Origin: an uncultured Dictyoglomota bacterium
GTDB taxonomy: Bacteria; Dictyoglomota; Dictyoglomia; Dictyoglomales; Dictyoglomaceae
DNA length: 64,000 bases
Reading direction: 5' to 3'
Assembly: GCA_964654465.1 (NCBI GenBank)
Contig: CAZZIO010000065.1
Location: 32,001 to 96,000, forward strand
Below, piece after piece: positions 43,164 to 53,654 of this stretch (position 1 is the stretch's first letter; the number at the start of each line of letters is the position of its first letter). The position numbers and the translations under genes were made by a program. The notes beneath the pieces are model-generated. The model was not told the DNA's origin, made no database searches, and saw only the letters and a program-made list of their open reading frames with translations.

Positions 43164-43547
43164 TTACTTAATCTCTAAATCCTCCTTTATCTTTCTATAA
43201 GCTAATTTGGCAAGTCCTCCCGCAACATGAGTCTTAAGCTCCTTTTTCTTAAACTCATCCTCAAGAATATCCAATACTATATCTGGATCTGCCTTTAATA
43301 TATTTCTAACAGTCTGCTTAGTCAGCCCTAAAAATTCTGCAATCTCAGTCTCCGTTTTCATATATCTGTCCCTTAGTACTACTGCATAACATGCTTCAAT
43401 TAAACTTGGTACCCAAGTAAGATTTCTAAAAAGAATCAATTTCCTTGGTCCCCCCAAAATCTCCAATGTTTTCAAAAAAGTTTTCATAGCAATATTATCA
43501 AGCTCATCCTCTTGTAAAGGAATATCTTCACCACTAAGAATTGGCAT
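43164..43547 (-). CDS. KaiC-associated regulatory HTH protein (TIGR03879-like)
   Basis: LGGPRKL, NLTWVPSL, EIAEFLGLTKQTVRNIL, HVAGGLAKLAY. Confidence 0.85.
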   Translation of the reverse strand: MPILSGEDIPLQEDELDNIAMKTFLKTLEILGGPRKLILFRNLTWVPSLIEACYAVVLRDRYMKTETEIAEFLGLTKQTVRNILKADPDIVLDILEDEFKKKELKTHVAGGLAKLAYRKIKEDLEIK

Positions 43548-44442
43548 CTAATTTCACCCCCTTAGAAAGTCCTTTTAAAGATGGTCCTATTCTTACTAAA
43601 CCATTCCTATCAATTTCAAGAAGAAAAGTATCTGTACTATGTCCACACATTCTACAACCATCTATCCTAAAAAGTCTAACCAGTTCTCCTAAAGGACGCT
43701 TATATATTCTTTCCATATATTGGCTACTTATAAGCACCTTTGAAAGTACCATGGTACCATCTACTATATGGGAAATAGCAAAGCCTCCAGCTGCTTCAGC
43801 TGAGAACTCTTCTTGGCTTGATCTCTTTTGAGATATAAATATGGCTGTTTGGTACCACTTTTTCATAAAGTTGAAAAGTTGTCTCACTATTACTCTTGCC
43901 ATCATCTCTTTTGCTTCATATAAACCAGTTATTGAATCAATAACAGTAAATTTTATTTTATATTTTTTAATAGCATGTGCAAGAGTTGCAAGAAGTGTAG
44001 GAACATCCTCTCTTAATTTAGAATAAGAAGCTGCATCAATAAAAACTATATTATCGTCTATAACATTTTCCTCTACTCCCATAGCTACAGCTCTTGATTT
44101 CATAGATGTAGCCACAAAATGTGCCGGAGACTCTACTGTAATAAAGGCAACTGAATAGCCAAGAGAAGCCTGCTTTATTGCAAATTGTTCCCCCATTAAA
44201 CTCTTTCCAGTATCTGATATACCAGTCAAATTAAAAACACTATATTGAGGAATACCTCCTAAAGATACAACTTTTGTTTTTCCCTTTTCTATTTTTGTGG
44301 TAAAAAATAAATTATCTAATCCCTCAATTCCTGTAGGTACTCCTCTTATCTCTACTGCTCTATCACCTATATCTCTTAAAGATAATATTGCATCTTCTAC
44401 AACTTCATATTGAGACTGATACACCTTCTCTTCTTTCTCCAT
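43534..44442 (-). CDS. Single-domain KaiC/RecA-superfamily ATPase (AF_0795/TIGR03878-like)
   Basis: PTGIEGLD, GISDTGKS Walker A, VIDSITG Walker B, SQKRS, SHIVDG, RIDGCRMCGH. Confidence 0.88.
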   Translation of the reverse strand: MEKEEKVYQSQYEVVEDAILSLRDIGDRAVEIRGVPTGIEGLDNLFFTTKIEKGKTKVVSLGGIPQYSVFNLTGISDTGKSLMGEQFAIKQASLGYSVAFITVESPAHFVATSMKSRAVAMGVEENVIDDNIVFIDAASYSKLREDVPTLLATLAHAIKKYKIKFTVIDSITGLYEAKEMMARVIVRQLFNFMKKWYQTAIFISQKRSSQEEFSAEAAGGFAISHIVDGTMVLSKVLISSQYMERIYKRPLGELVRLFRIDGCRMCGHSTDTFLLEIDRNGLVRIGPSLKGLSKGVKLDANS

Positions 44443-44501
44443 AATAATTCCCCCTTAAAAAAATTATTTTTAATTCAAGTCTCAAAAGTAGTATATCATA
44501 G

Positions 44502-44533
44502 AAAAATCCCCTGGGAGGGGAGACCCAGGGGAT
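44502..44533 (-). terminator. Rho-independent terminator downstream of ldh
   Basis: ATCCCCTGGG / CCCAGGGGAT stem followed by a T run on the minus strand. Confidence 0.75.
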
Positions 44534-44577
44534 AGGGTGTTAAAGAGGTTAAAAGGGTTTAAAGTTGAATTAATAGA

Positions 44578-45540
44578 TCAACTAAAAATTGGTTCTTTAT
44601 CAAAATCTAAGGAATCTATCATTTGTTTAATTATTTTTGCAGAATTCAATAATTCCTCTACTTCCTTTTCAGAAAGTTTTATATTTAATACCTTTTCAAT
44701 CCCATTTCTATTTATTATAGAAGGCAAACTTAATGGAATATCGTTTATACCTAATATATCTTTATGTACTGAAGATACAGGCAAAATTCTATTTTCATCC
44801 CTCAAAATAGCTTCAACAATATTTACTAAAGCTAAGCCTATAGCATAATATGTTGCTCCTTTAAGTTCAATCACCTTATAAGCAGATTCTCTTACTTCTT
44901 TCAAAATATTCTCCATAATTTCTTGAGTAAAGCAATTTTTACCACATACAGGACAAAAATCAGATATGTGAATTCCACCAATATGGGTTAAACTCCAAGC
45001 TGCAACAGCAGAATCGCCATGTTCACCTATTATATAGGCATTAACTGATCTTGGGTCTACATTACAATGTTGAGAAAGAAGATATGCAAATCTTGAACTA
45101 TCAAGTACAGTTCCAGAACCTATTACTCTTTGTCTTGGGAAACCAGAAAGCTTATAAGTAACATAAGTAAGTACATCTACTGGATTTGTCACCACCAAGA
45201 AAATCCCATTAAATCCAGATTCTAATATTTTTGGAATTAAATCTTTAAATATTTGTAGATTTCTATCAATAAGTTGTAATCTTGTTTCACCAGGTCTTTG
45301 CTTTGCTCCTGCAGTAATAACTACTAAATCTGAATCTTTTGCTTCTCTTAATTCTCCAGCCTTTATTATTGTAGGTTTAGTAAAAGATACCCCATGAGAA
45401 AGATCCATGGCTTCTCCTAAAGCCCTATTCTTATCTATATCAAACAAAACAATTTCCCTAGCTATACCTCTCTGCATTAAGCTATAAGCAAAAGAAGATC
45501 CTACAAAACCCGCCCCTACTATAAATACCTTGTTTCTCAT
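44578..45540 (-). CDS. ldh: L-lactate dehydrogenase
   Basis: GAGFVG; AGAKQRPGETRLQL (Gln specificity residue); NPVD; LDSSR; GEHGDS; KGATYY. Confidence 0.95.
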   Translation of the reverse strand: MRNKVFIVGAGFVGSSFAYSLMQRGIAREIVLFDIDKNRALGEAMDLSHGVSFTKPTIIKAGELREAKDSDLVVITAGAKQRPGETRLQLIDRNLQIFKDLIPKILESGFNGIFLVVTNPVDVLTYVTYKLSGFPRQRVIGSGTVLDSSRFAYLLSQHCNVDPRSVNAYIIGEHGDSAVAAWSLTHIGGIHISDFCPVCGKNCFTQEIMENILKEVRESAYKVIELKGATYYAIGLALVNIVEAILRDENRILPVSSVHKDILGINDIPLSLPSIINRNGIEKVLNIKLSEKEVEELLNSAKIIKQMIDSLDFDKEPIFS

Positions 45541-45658
45541 ATAATCACCTACCTTTTTAGTCCAAATTCCATATAATAATAACTTAAAAACAATGCAAAG
45601 TCAACAATTTTTGTGTTAAAATTATCTAAAAAACAATTAGAAAGGATGGGAGTACAAA

Positions 45659-46858
45659 ATGGACTTATTTGATAAATTTAGAAATATAGGACCTGATCAT
45701 TTCTTAAATGAAGCAAGAGTAGCTATAGATCAAGGCATTTATCCATTCTTTCTTCCGTTAGAAGAGACAGAAGGTACAGAAGTAGTTATTAATGGTAGAA
45801 GATTAATAATGCTTGGTTCTAACAACTATCTTGGTCTAACTACCCATCCCAAAGTAAAAGAAGCAGCTATAAAAGCCATTAAAGAATATGGTACAAGTTG
45901 TACTGGATCACGTTTTATGAATGGAACTTTAAAACTTCATAAAGAATTAGAAGAGAAACTTGCAGAATTTCTCCATAAAGAGGCAGCTTTAGTATTTTCT
46001 ACAGGTTATCAAACCAATTTAGGAACAATATCTGCTTTAATAGGTAAAGGAGATATTGCAATTACAGATAAGGAAGATCATGCTTCTATTATTGATGGAT
46101 GTAGACTATCTCAGGGAGAAATGAAAAGGTTTAAACATAATGATATGGAGGATTTAGAAAAAGTGCTTGCTTCTTGTCCTGACAATGCAGGAAAATTGAT
46201 AATAGTAGATGGTATATTTTCAATGGCAGGAGATATTGCACCACTCCCCGAAATTATCAAACTCTGTGAAAAATATAATGCCAGGTTGATGGTAGATGAT
46301 GCCCATTCTATAGGAGTATTGGGTGATCACGGTAGAGGTACTGCTAATTATTTTGGAGTAGAAGATAAAGTAGATATTATAATGGGTACTTTTAGTAAAT
46401 CTTTTGCCAGTCTTGGAGGTTTTATAGCAGGAGATGAAGACACCATTTTTTATGTACAACATACAGCACGGTCCTTTATATTCTCTGCTAGCATGTCTCC
46501 TGCCAATACTGCAGCTGCTTTAGCAGCATTAGAGGTTATGCAAGAAGAACCTGAAAGAATAGAGCATCTATGGAAAATTAGCAATAGAATGAGAGAGGGA
46601 TTAAAATCTTTAGGTTTTGATATTGGAAATAGCTGTACCCCTATTATACCCATATATATAAGGGATCGATGGAAAACCATATATATGTGGAAAGAGCTTT
46701 TTGACTTAGGAGTTTATTGTAACCCTGTACTTCCACCTGGTGTTCCACCTAATCAATCTCTTCTAAGAACAAGTTATATGGCAACTCATACTGAAGATCA
46801 AATTGATAGGGCCTTAGAAATTTTTGAAAAGGCAGGGAAAAAACTTGGAATCATCTAA
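45659..46858 (+). CDS. PLP-dependent alpha-oxoamine synthase, serine-palmitoyltransferase-like
   Basis: [44 protein letters not shown]. Confidence 0.85.
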   Translation: MDLFDKFRNIGPDHFLNEARVAIDQGIYPFFLPLEETEGTEVVINGRRLIMLGSNNYLGLTTHPKVKEAAIKAIKEYGTSCTGSRFMNGTLKLHKELEEKLAEFLHKEAALVFSTGYQTNLGTISALIGKGDIAITDKEDHASIIDGCRLSQGEMKRFKHNDMEDLEKVLASCPDNAGKLIIVDGIFSMAGDIAPLPEIIKLCEKYNARLMVDDAHSIGVLGDHGRGTANYFGVEDKVDIIMGTFSKSFASLGGFIAGDEDTIFYVQHTARSFIFSASMSPANTAAALAALEVMQEEPERIEHLWKISNRMREGLKSLGFDIGNSCTPIIPIYIRDRWKTIYMWKELFDLGVYCNPVLPPGVPPNQSLLRTSYMATHTEDQIDRALEIFEKAGKKLGII

Positions 46859-47498
46859 AAACATAAAATTTATAAACTATGCAATAAAAGAATTTATAGA
46901 TCTACTTGCCTCAAAGGAACCTGCACCTGGAGGAGGAGCTGCAGCAGCCTTAGTTGGAAGTATTGGGGTTGCATTATCATCTATGGTTGCAAATTTAACC
47001 ATAGGAAAAGAAAAATTTAAAGATAAAGAGGAATTAATGGAAGAAATTGTAGAAAAAAATGAAAAACTACAGAAAGAATTATTAGATCTTATAGAAAAAG
47101 ATGCTGAAGCCTTTAATAAAGTAGCAGAAGCCTTAAAACTTCCTAAAAATAATCCTGAAGAAAAGGAAAAAAGGAAAGAAATATTAGAAAATACATTAAA
47201 AGAAGCATCATTAGTACCCCTTGAAGTCATGAAAAAGAGTTTAGAAGCCCTAAAAATTCTTGAAAATACCTTAGGAAACTCCAACCCTAATGCGGTAAGT
47301 GATATTGGTGTAAGCGCCTTATGTCTTAAATCTGCTATTCAGTCCGCTTGGCTTAATGTTAAGATAAATCTTGTTAGTATAAGGGATAAAAATTTTGTTA
47401 ATGAAATTCAAAGGCAAGCTGAATCTTTATTAGAAGAGGGGATTCAGCTTGCCGACAGAATATACGAAGAGGTAGAAAGTGTTCTTCAAATATCTTAA
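46824..47498 (+). CDS. fchA: Formiminotransferase-cyclodeaminase / methenyl-THF cyclohydrolase family (FchA-like)
   Basis: [35 protein letters not shown]; start uncertain. Confidence 0.85.
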   Translation: MKRQGKNLESSKNIKFINYAIKEFIDLLASKEPAPGGGAAAALVGSIGVALSSMVANLTIGKEKFKDKEELMEEIVEKNEKLQKELLDLIEKDAEAFNKVAEALKLPKNNPEEKEKRKEILENTLKEASLVPLEVMKKSLEALKILENTLGNSNPNAVSDIGVSALCLKSAIQSAWLNVKINLVSIRDKNFVNEIQRQAESLLEEGIQLADRIYEEVESVLQIS

Positions 47499-48721
47499 AA
47501 TACAAAAGCTGTCTTTACTAATCCATACTTTCCCCTAAGAAAGTTCATCTGTATTGCTTTTTTATACTCATCCAACTTAAAGGTAAGGGTAAGTAGAGGT
47601 GATAGATCCAAACCTTCCTTCATTAAAGTAAGAGCTATCTCATAACCTCTTTTTCTCTCTCCTCTAAATATCTCACCACTACTACTATTTGTCCCTGCAA
47701 CCTTTAATTCTTTAAACCAGACAAAGGTCCAATCCACTTTTTTGGTAATTCCCACCAAACCTACAAATACTGTTTTTCCTCCTTGTTTAGTAAGTCTCAA
47801 TGCATCATCAATAGAATCATCGCTTCCCACACATTCGAATACTATATCTGCACCTCCAACCACAACAGGCTTTCCTAAAACGGGTTTTAATACTTCACCT
47901 CCAGTCATCTCTACAATCTTTTTATATAATTTAGACTTTTCTAATCCTTTAGTATATATAACCTCATCTGCCCCATAATGTTTTGCAAAATCTCCTTGAA
48001 ATTTATATCTCGCAAGAACTATGATTCTCGCCTTACTTCCTAAAGCTCGCAATGAACTTACAACATTTATTCCTATACTTCCTGCCCCGACCACTAAAAC
48101 TGTATCTGTATCCTTGGGAAAATTTCTCATAACAGGATGTAATGCAGAACAAAATGCATCTACTAAAATGGCATTCTCATTTGTAATTTTATCTGGCACT
48201 TTAAATAATTGAAACTCATGGGCCACATAATATTCTCCCCAGCTTCCTCCTGTATCCCTACATGCTCCAATCATTAGTGCAGGTGATACACTTCCCTTAT
48301 TAAAATTAAAACATTGAGAAAACTCCCAATTTTGACACTTCTCACAAGGTGGATCTATATCCCTTGCCCTACAAGAGAGAGTTGGATCAGCAATCACTCT
48401 ATCTCCTACCTCAAAACCCTCCACTTCTTCACCTTTCTCTACAATTACTCCTAAATTTTCATGCCCTATAACAAAAGGAAAAGACGCAAAGGGAGAAGTT
48501 GCAGGACTATCATGAAGTTTTATAAGACCAATATCACTCCCACAAATTCCCCCCATAAGAGTTTTTATCTTTACCCACTTAGGTCCTGGAAGTTTTGGCT
48601 CTGGAAAATCTCCATATCTTATACATGAAAATACATTATAATAAAAAGAATGGTGAATATTTCCTAAGGTTTTACTTAGCAAATATCGAGGGATACTCTC
48701 TTCAAACCATATTGCTTTCAT
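47495..48721 (-). CDS. Zinc-binding MDR alcohol/polyol dehydrogenase
   Basis: GICGSD, GHE, GAGSIG, FECVG. Confidence 0.88.
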   Translation of the reverse strand: MKAIWFEESIPRYLLSKTLGNIHHSFYYNVFSCIRYGDFPEPKLPGPKWVKIKTLMGGICGSDIGLIKLHDSPATSPFASFPFVIGHENLGVIVEKGEEVEGFEVGDRVIADPTLSCRARDIDPPCEKCQNWEFSQCFNFNKGSVSPALMIGACRDTGGSWGEYYVAHEFQLFKVPDKITNENAILVDAFCSALHPVMRNFPKDTDTVLVVGAGSIGINVVSSLRALGSKARIIVLARYKFQGDFAKHYGADEVIYTKGLEKSKLYKKIVEMTGGEVLKPVLGKPVVVGGADIVFECVGSDDSIDDALRLTKQGGKTVFVGLVGITKKVDWTFVWFKELKVAGTNSSSGEIFRGERKRGYEIALTLMKEGLDLSPLLTLTFKLDEYKKAIQMNFLRGKYGLVKTAFVF

Positions 48722-48762
48722 AACAATCCCTCCTAAGTATTTTTTATTGCCTATTATACTAC

Positions 48763-49524
48763 TTATAATGTGGCCTCATATAATTCATCAAAATAATTTT
48801 GAAGATCTTGTCCCTCTAATAACTTCCTTCCAAAAGCACTTCCCACTATCACACCATCTACTAAACCATATAAATTTTCAATTTGATTTCTATTCCTTAT
48901 ACCAAACCCCCAAATCAAAGGTTTATCTGTTTCCAATCTTACTTCTCTTGCAAAATTAATTCCCTCTTGAGGAAGTTCATCTCGTTCACCTGTAACACCC
49001 TTAACCGATATAAAATAAAGAAAGCTTGGAGCTATTTTTATAATCTTTTCTCTTCTTTCCTTCCTTGTGGTAGGTGATATAAAAAGCACTAAATCTAAAC
49101 CATATTTATTGAAAATGGGTAAAAGATCTTCACTCTCCTCAAGAGGAAGATCTGGTATGACAAGACCTTTTATTCCAATATCCTTAATTTTTTGAAGTCT
49201 TTCTTCTAATCTATCATACAGAAGATTAAAGTATAAAAGAAAAACTACATCTACCACTTTTGGTATCTCTGTATCTTTCAACCAACTTAATGTATTTTCC
49301 AAACTTACTCCACTTAGAATAGCTCTATAATTAATTTCTTGAAGTACAGGGCCATCTGCTACAGGATCAGAGAAGGGAATACCAAGTTCCAATATATCAA
49401 TCTTATCTTTATTTTTAATAATAAAATTCTCTAAAAACTTAAAATCAGGAAAGCCAGCTACAAAAAAAGGGACAAAAACTAATTTCTTTTTTCTGTTTAT
49501 TATTTTATATTGAAGGTTACTCAT
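48763..49524 (-). CDS. trpA: Tryptophan synthase alpha
   Basis: [36 protein letters not shown] 49524 follows a GGGAGG RBS. Confidence 0.95.
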   Translation of the reverse strand: MSNLQYKIINRKKKLVFVPFFVAGFPDFKFLENFIIKNKDKIDILELGIPFSDPVADGPVLQEINYRAILSGVSLENTLSWLKDTEIPKVVDVVFLLYFNLLYDRLEERLQKIKDIGIKGLVIPDLPLEESEDLLPIFNKYGLDLVLFISPTTRKERREKIIKIAPSFLYFISVKGVTGERDELPQEGINFAREVRLETDKPLIWGFGIRNRNQIENLYGLVDGVIVGSAFGRKLLEGQDLQNYFDELYEATL

Positions 49525-50716
49525 TTTTCCCCTCCCATAGAGCATAAATTATTCCAAGATCTTTATCTCCTCTCCCTGATAAATTAACAATTATAAGAGG
49601 TTCTTTTTCAGGAAAATCATCTCTATGCTCTATCAGATATCCTATAGCATGAGCACTCTCTAAAGCTGGAACTATACCTTCTAATTCTGAAAGGGCATAA
49701 AATCCTTTTATTGCTATATCATCAGTAGCAATATCATACTTCACCCTTCCTATTTTAGCTAAGTAACTATGTTCGGGACCAACCCCTGGATAATCAAGAC
49801 CAGCAGAAACAGAGTGAGTAGGAGAAACATTACCATTTTCATCTTGGATAAGATACATTTTAGCACCATGAAGTATTCCAACTTTGCCAAAGTTTATACT
49901 TGCTGAATGTAGACCTGATTCTATACCCTTTCCTCCTCCCTCTACTCCTATAATCTTTACATTATCCTCTAAAAAGGGATAGAAAAGCCCTATAGAGTTA
50001 CTACCACCGCCTACTGATGCAATAAGATAATCAGGTAATCTATCTTCAATTTCTAAAATCTGCTTTCTTGCCTCATCTCCTATTACCCTTTGGAAATCTC
50101 TTACAATCATAGGATAAGGATGAGGACCAACCACAGATCCTAAAAGATAATAACTATCTTCTGGATGAGCGACCCAATCTCTTAAAGCCTCATTTATTGC
50201 CTCTTTTAATGTCCTTGATCCTACCTTTACAGGAACAACTTCAGCTCCTAACAACTTCATTCTCAACACATTCATCTCTTGTCTTTTACAATCTTCTTCT
50301 CCCATATATACAGTACACTTAAAACCAAATAGTGCAGCTACAGTAGCAGTAGCAACACCATGCTGACCAGCCCCTGTTTCTGCTATTAATCTTTTTTTAT
50401 TCATGTATTTAGCAAGTAATGCTTGTCCTACTGCATTATTGATTTTATGAGCTCCTGTATGACAAAGATCTTCTCTTTTTAAATATATCCTTGCTTTTAG
50501 CTTCTCAGAAAGTTTTGAGGCATAATATAGAGGAGTAGGTCTACCCACAAAATTTCTTAAATAATATTCATATTCCTTTTTAAAATTTTCATCTTGTTTT
50601 AGCTTATAGTATGCTAATTCCAGCTGTAATAAAGGTTCCATCAAAGTTTCAGGAACAAATCTTCCCCCAAACTCACCAAAATAGCCCCTTTCATCAGGAA
50701 GCTTTTCCGTCCTCAT
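49517..50716 (-). CDS. trpB: Tryptophan synthase beta
   Basis: [47 protein letters not shown]. Confidence 0.98.
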   Translation of the reverse strand: MRTEKLPDERGYFGEFGGRFVPETLMEPLLQLELAYYKLKQDENFKKEYEYYLRNFVGRPTPLYYASKLSEKLKARIYLKREDLCHTGAHKINNAVGQALLAKYMNKKRLIAETGAGQHGVATATVAALFGFKCTVYMGEEDCKRQEMNVLRMKLLGAEVVPVKVGSRTLKEAINEALRDWVAHPEDSYYLLGSVVGPHPYPMIVRDFQRVIGDEARKQILEIEDRLPDYLIASVGGGSNSIGLFYPFLEDNVKIIGVEGGGKGIESGLHSASINFGKVGILHGAKMYLIQDENGNVSPTHSVSAGLDYPGVGPEHSYLAKIGRVKYDIATDDIAIKGFYALSELEGIVPALESAHAIGYLIEHRDDFPEKEPLIIVNLSGRGDKDLGIIYALWEGKNE

Positions 50717-51323
50717 AACTGTAATCCCTCACCTTTCTCATAAATTTTGATATTTTTAAAAGGTCCTTCTTACCTATTTCAAATTCCACACCACTCGAAA
50801 GATCTATACCAAATGGTTTTAACCTAAGAACATCATAAACATTATCTTCTCTAATTCCACCTGCTATAATCGTTTTTGAGTTTATAATCCTTTTAGCCCT
50901 GCTTAGAAACTCCTCAAAAGATAAAGCAGAATTTTTACTCCTATCTAAAAGAACATAGGAAAACTGAGAAAAATAACTAACTCTTTCAGCCCAGTCTTCA
51001 TACTGATCTGTGTTTATTGCCTTTATAAGAAAATACTCTCTAAACTTTTTCATAAACTCTAAATTCTCATCTCCATGAAACTGAATACCATCTAAAGAAA
51101 CAATATCGAGAATTTTTTTAATTTCTTCTTCGCTCTGATTCATAAAAACTCCAATCTTCATAATTTTTAATCTATTAAGATGGGGACCAAGCTTTTCAAG
51201 CTTTTCAAAAGATATAAATCTTGGTGACCATGGTACAAAAACCAAACCAATAGCTGAAACTCCTTCTATCTCACAATGTAATGCAGTAATAATATCAGTT
51301 ATTCCACAGATTTTAATCCACAT
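50694..51323 (-). CDS. trpF: Phosphoribosylanthranilate isomerase
   Basis: [24 protein letters not shown]. Confidence 0.93.
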   Translation of the reverse strand: MWIKICGITDIITALHCEIEGVSAIGLVFVPWSPRFISFEKLEKLGPHLNRLKIMKIGVFMNQSEEEIKKILDIVSLDGIQFHGDENLEFMKKFREYFLIKAINTDQYEDWAERVSYFSQFSYVLLDRSKNSALSFEEFLSRAKRIINSKTIIAGGIREDNVYDVLRLKPFGIDLSSGVEFEIGKKDLLKISKFMRKVRDYSYEDGKAS

Positions 51324-52075
51324 CCTTCATATAGCTCCTTTATCTTTTCCTTGGGATTTTCTGAAGTTACAATACTTTCCCCTACAAGCACACCTCTAAC
51401 TCCATACCTGTATAAAATTTTAATATCTTCTTTATCTTTGATACCACTTGCACTAATTACAAAAATATCCTTAGGAATGTATGATAAAAGTCTTATAGTA
51501 TTTTTAATGTCAACTCTAAAACTACTAAGATCTCTATTATTTATCATTACTATTCGAGGATTTAGTTTTAAAACCTTCTTCAAATCCCTTTCATCATAGA
51601 TTTCTATGATAGGTTCCATATCAAGTTTCATAATAAGCCTATATAAAGACTCCAGATCTTCCACTGGTAATATTCTTGCAATAAGCAAGATAGCATCAGC
51701 TCCTAATAATCTACCTTCATATATCTGCTCTGGAATAAGAATAAAATCTTTTTGAAGAAGGGGTTTTTTAGTAATATTCCTTGCTAGTTGAAGATTAGCA
51801 AGAGTAGCAGAGAAACTTTCTGCAGTAAGAATAGATATTGCAGAAATTTCATCTGCCATATCATAAATTCTTAAGATTTCAGAAATACTTAGAGACATGA
51901 GACTACCTTTTACAGGAGAAGATGGTTTTACTTCAGCTATTATATTAAATCTATTTTTTACGAGAGTATTGAAAAAATAGTCCTTTTCTTTATATGGAAA
52001 AGATGTTTGTATTTTATATATTCTGTTATATATTATTTTTCTTTTCTCCTCCACAAGTTTATCTAATATGTTCAT
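51299..52075 (-). CDS. trpC: Indole-3-glycerol phosphate synthase
   Basis: IIAEVKPSSP, KDFI, GADAILLI, NNRDL, LVGES. Confidence 0.94.
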   Translation of the reverse strand: MNILDKLVEEKRKIIYNRIYKIQTSFPYKEKDYFFNTLVKNRFNIIAEVKPSSPVKGSLMSLSISEILRIYDMADEISAISILTAESFSATLANLQLARNITKKPLLQKDFILIPEQIYEGRLLGADAILLIARILPVEDLESLYRLIMKLDMEPIIEIYDERDLKKVLKLNPRIVMINNRDLSSFRVDIKNTIRLLSYIPKDIFVISASGIKDKEDIKILYRYGVRGVLVGESIVTSENPKEKIKELYEGCGLKSVE

Positions 52076-53082
52076 TTATTACCCCTCCTCAGTCTCTCTA
52101 AATATTCATAGGTTTTACCAGAAAGAATATGGTTCTTTACATTATCAAATCCTTCTTTGACACTATTGACCTTCCCTAAAACCCAAAGAGCAAAAGAAGC
52201 ATTTAAAGCAACAATATCAGTTTGGGCATCAGTTCCTTCCCCCTTAAAAATACTTTCCAAAATCTTAGCATTTTCTTCTGCAGTACCACCTAAGAAATCC
52301 TCAAATTTATACCTTTTTAAACCAATATCCTCAGGGGTAAAGTCAAAATAATCTATTTTATTACCTTTTACATAAGCCATAATTGTAGTACCACAAAGAG
52401 AAATCTCATCTATCCCATCGTCCTTTCCATGATAGAATAAAATATTCTCTCTTCCCAAAATAGAAGCTGCCTCTGCCATTTTCTTCATTAAATTTTCAGA
52501 ATATACTCCTATTATCTGGCCTTGCAATTTTGCTGGATTAAGCATAGGTCCTGCCATATTAAAAATTGTTCCAACTCCTAACTCTCTCCTTACTTTTACT
52601 GCCTTTCCTACAACAGGATGGAAATAAGGAGCAAAAATTATACCAAGATTATTAGTCTCAATATTTTTAGCAATCTCCTCAGGATTATCACTACACTTAA
52701 AGCCTAAAACCTCAATAACATCAACACTTCCTGACTTACTGGACATGGCCCTATTACCATGCTTTGCTACTTTTATTCCCATACTTGCTAAAACAAATGC
52801 TACTGCAGTAGAGATATTAAAAGTATTAGATTTATCCCCTCCTGTACCACACACATCAATTGCAGGAGATACGTTTGGGATTTTTTTAGCTTTCTCAAAC
52901 AGCCCAGAGACAAAACCTGCAAGCTCTTCTGGAACTTCTCCTTTAACCCTTAATCCCAGTAAAAATGCCCCCAATTGTGCTTCTGTAATCTCTTCCATAT
53001 CCAAAATTTCAACCACATTCTTTGCTTCCTCAAATTTCAAATTTTTACCCTCAGATATCTTTTTAATATATTCTTTAATCAT
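52072..53082 (-). CDS. trpD: Anthranilate phosphoribosyltransferase
   Basis: DVCGTGGD, FNIST, KHGNRAMSSKSGS, DEIS. Confidence 0.96.
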   Translation of the reverse strand: MIKEYIKKISEGKNLKFEEAKNVVEILDMEEITEAQLGAFLLGLRVKGEVPEELAGFVSGLFEKAKKIPNVSPAIDVCGTGGDKSNTFNISTAVAFVLASMGIKVAKHGNRAMSSKSGSVDVIEVLGFKCSDNPEEIAKNIETNNLGIIFAPYFHPVVGKAVKVRRELGVGTIFNMAGPMLNPAKLQGQIIGVYSENLMKKMAEAASILGRENILFYHGKDDGIDEISLCGTTIMAYVKGNKIDYFDFTPEDIGLKRYKFEDFLGGTAEENAKILESIFKGEGTDAQTDIVALNASFALWVLGKVNSVKEGFDNVKNHILSGKTYEYLERLRRGNK

Positions 53083-53654
53083 TACAAAACACCCCCTATT
53101 TTAAGGAAATTTTTAATTATATCCTTTCCAGATGGAGTAAATATGGACTCTGGATGAAATTGAAGACCATAAACTGGATTATCTTTATATTGAATTCCCA
53201 TAATTAATTTATCTAAAGTCCAAGAAATTACTTTTAAATCAGGATGTAAGGTCTCCATATCCACTACTAACGAGTGATACCTGGTAGCTTGGAAGGGATT
53301 CTCTATGCCATTAAAGATAGGATTTCCATCATGATAAATAAGAGAAACCTTGCCATGCATAGGAATAGGTGCTCTTATAACTTTTGTGCCAAAAGCTGAT
53401 GCTATAGCCTGATGTCCCAAACATATACCAAGAATGGGTAATTTATCCTTAAATTCTTTAACCACAGGAATACTTATACCTGCATTTTCAGGTATAGATG
53501 GACCTGGTGATATAACTATTGCCTTAGGTTTTAATCTATATATATCATCCAAAGATATATGATCATTTCTATATACTAAAACATCTGTATACTCTGCTAA
53601 ATATTGATAAAGATTATAAGTAAATGAATCATAATTATCTATTAACAAAATCAT
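53082..53654 (-). CDS. trpG: Anthranilate synthase component II
   Basis: [33 protein letters not shown]. Confidence 0.96.
   Translation of the reverse strand: MILLIDNYDSFTYNLYQYLAEYTDVLVYRNDHISLDDIYRLKPKAIVISPGPSIPENAGISIPVVKEFKDKLPILGICLGHQAIASAFGTKVIRAPIPMHGKVSLIYHDGNPIFNGIENPFQATRYHSLVVDMETLHPDLKVISWTLDKLIMGIQYKDNPVYGLQFHPESIFTPSGKDIIKNFLKIGGVL

Noticed and set aside
43534-44442. Circadian clock KaiC
   Set aside because: Single domain, no kaiA/kaiB nearby; matches the thermophile KaiC-like family instead
44537-44848. 103-aa plus-strand ORF
   Set aside because: Antisense shadow of the ldh 3' end
51430-51460. TrpC ISASGI instead of the usual SESGI, raising possible inactivation
   Set aside because: Other catalytic motifs and the operon are intact; one substitution is not enough to call a pseudogene
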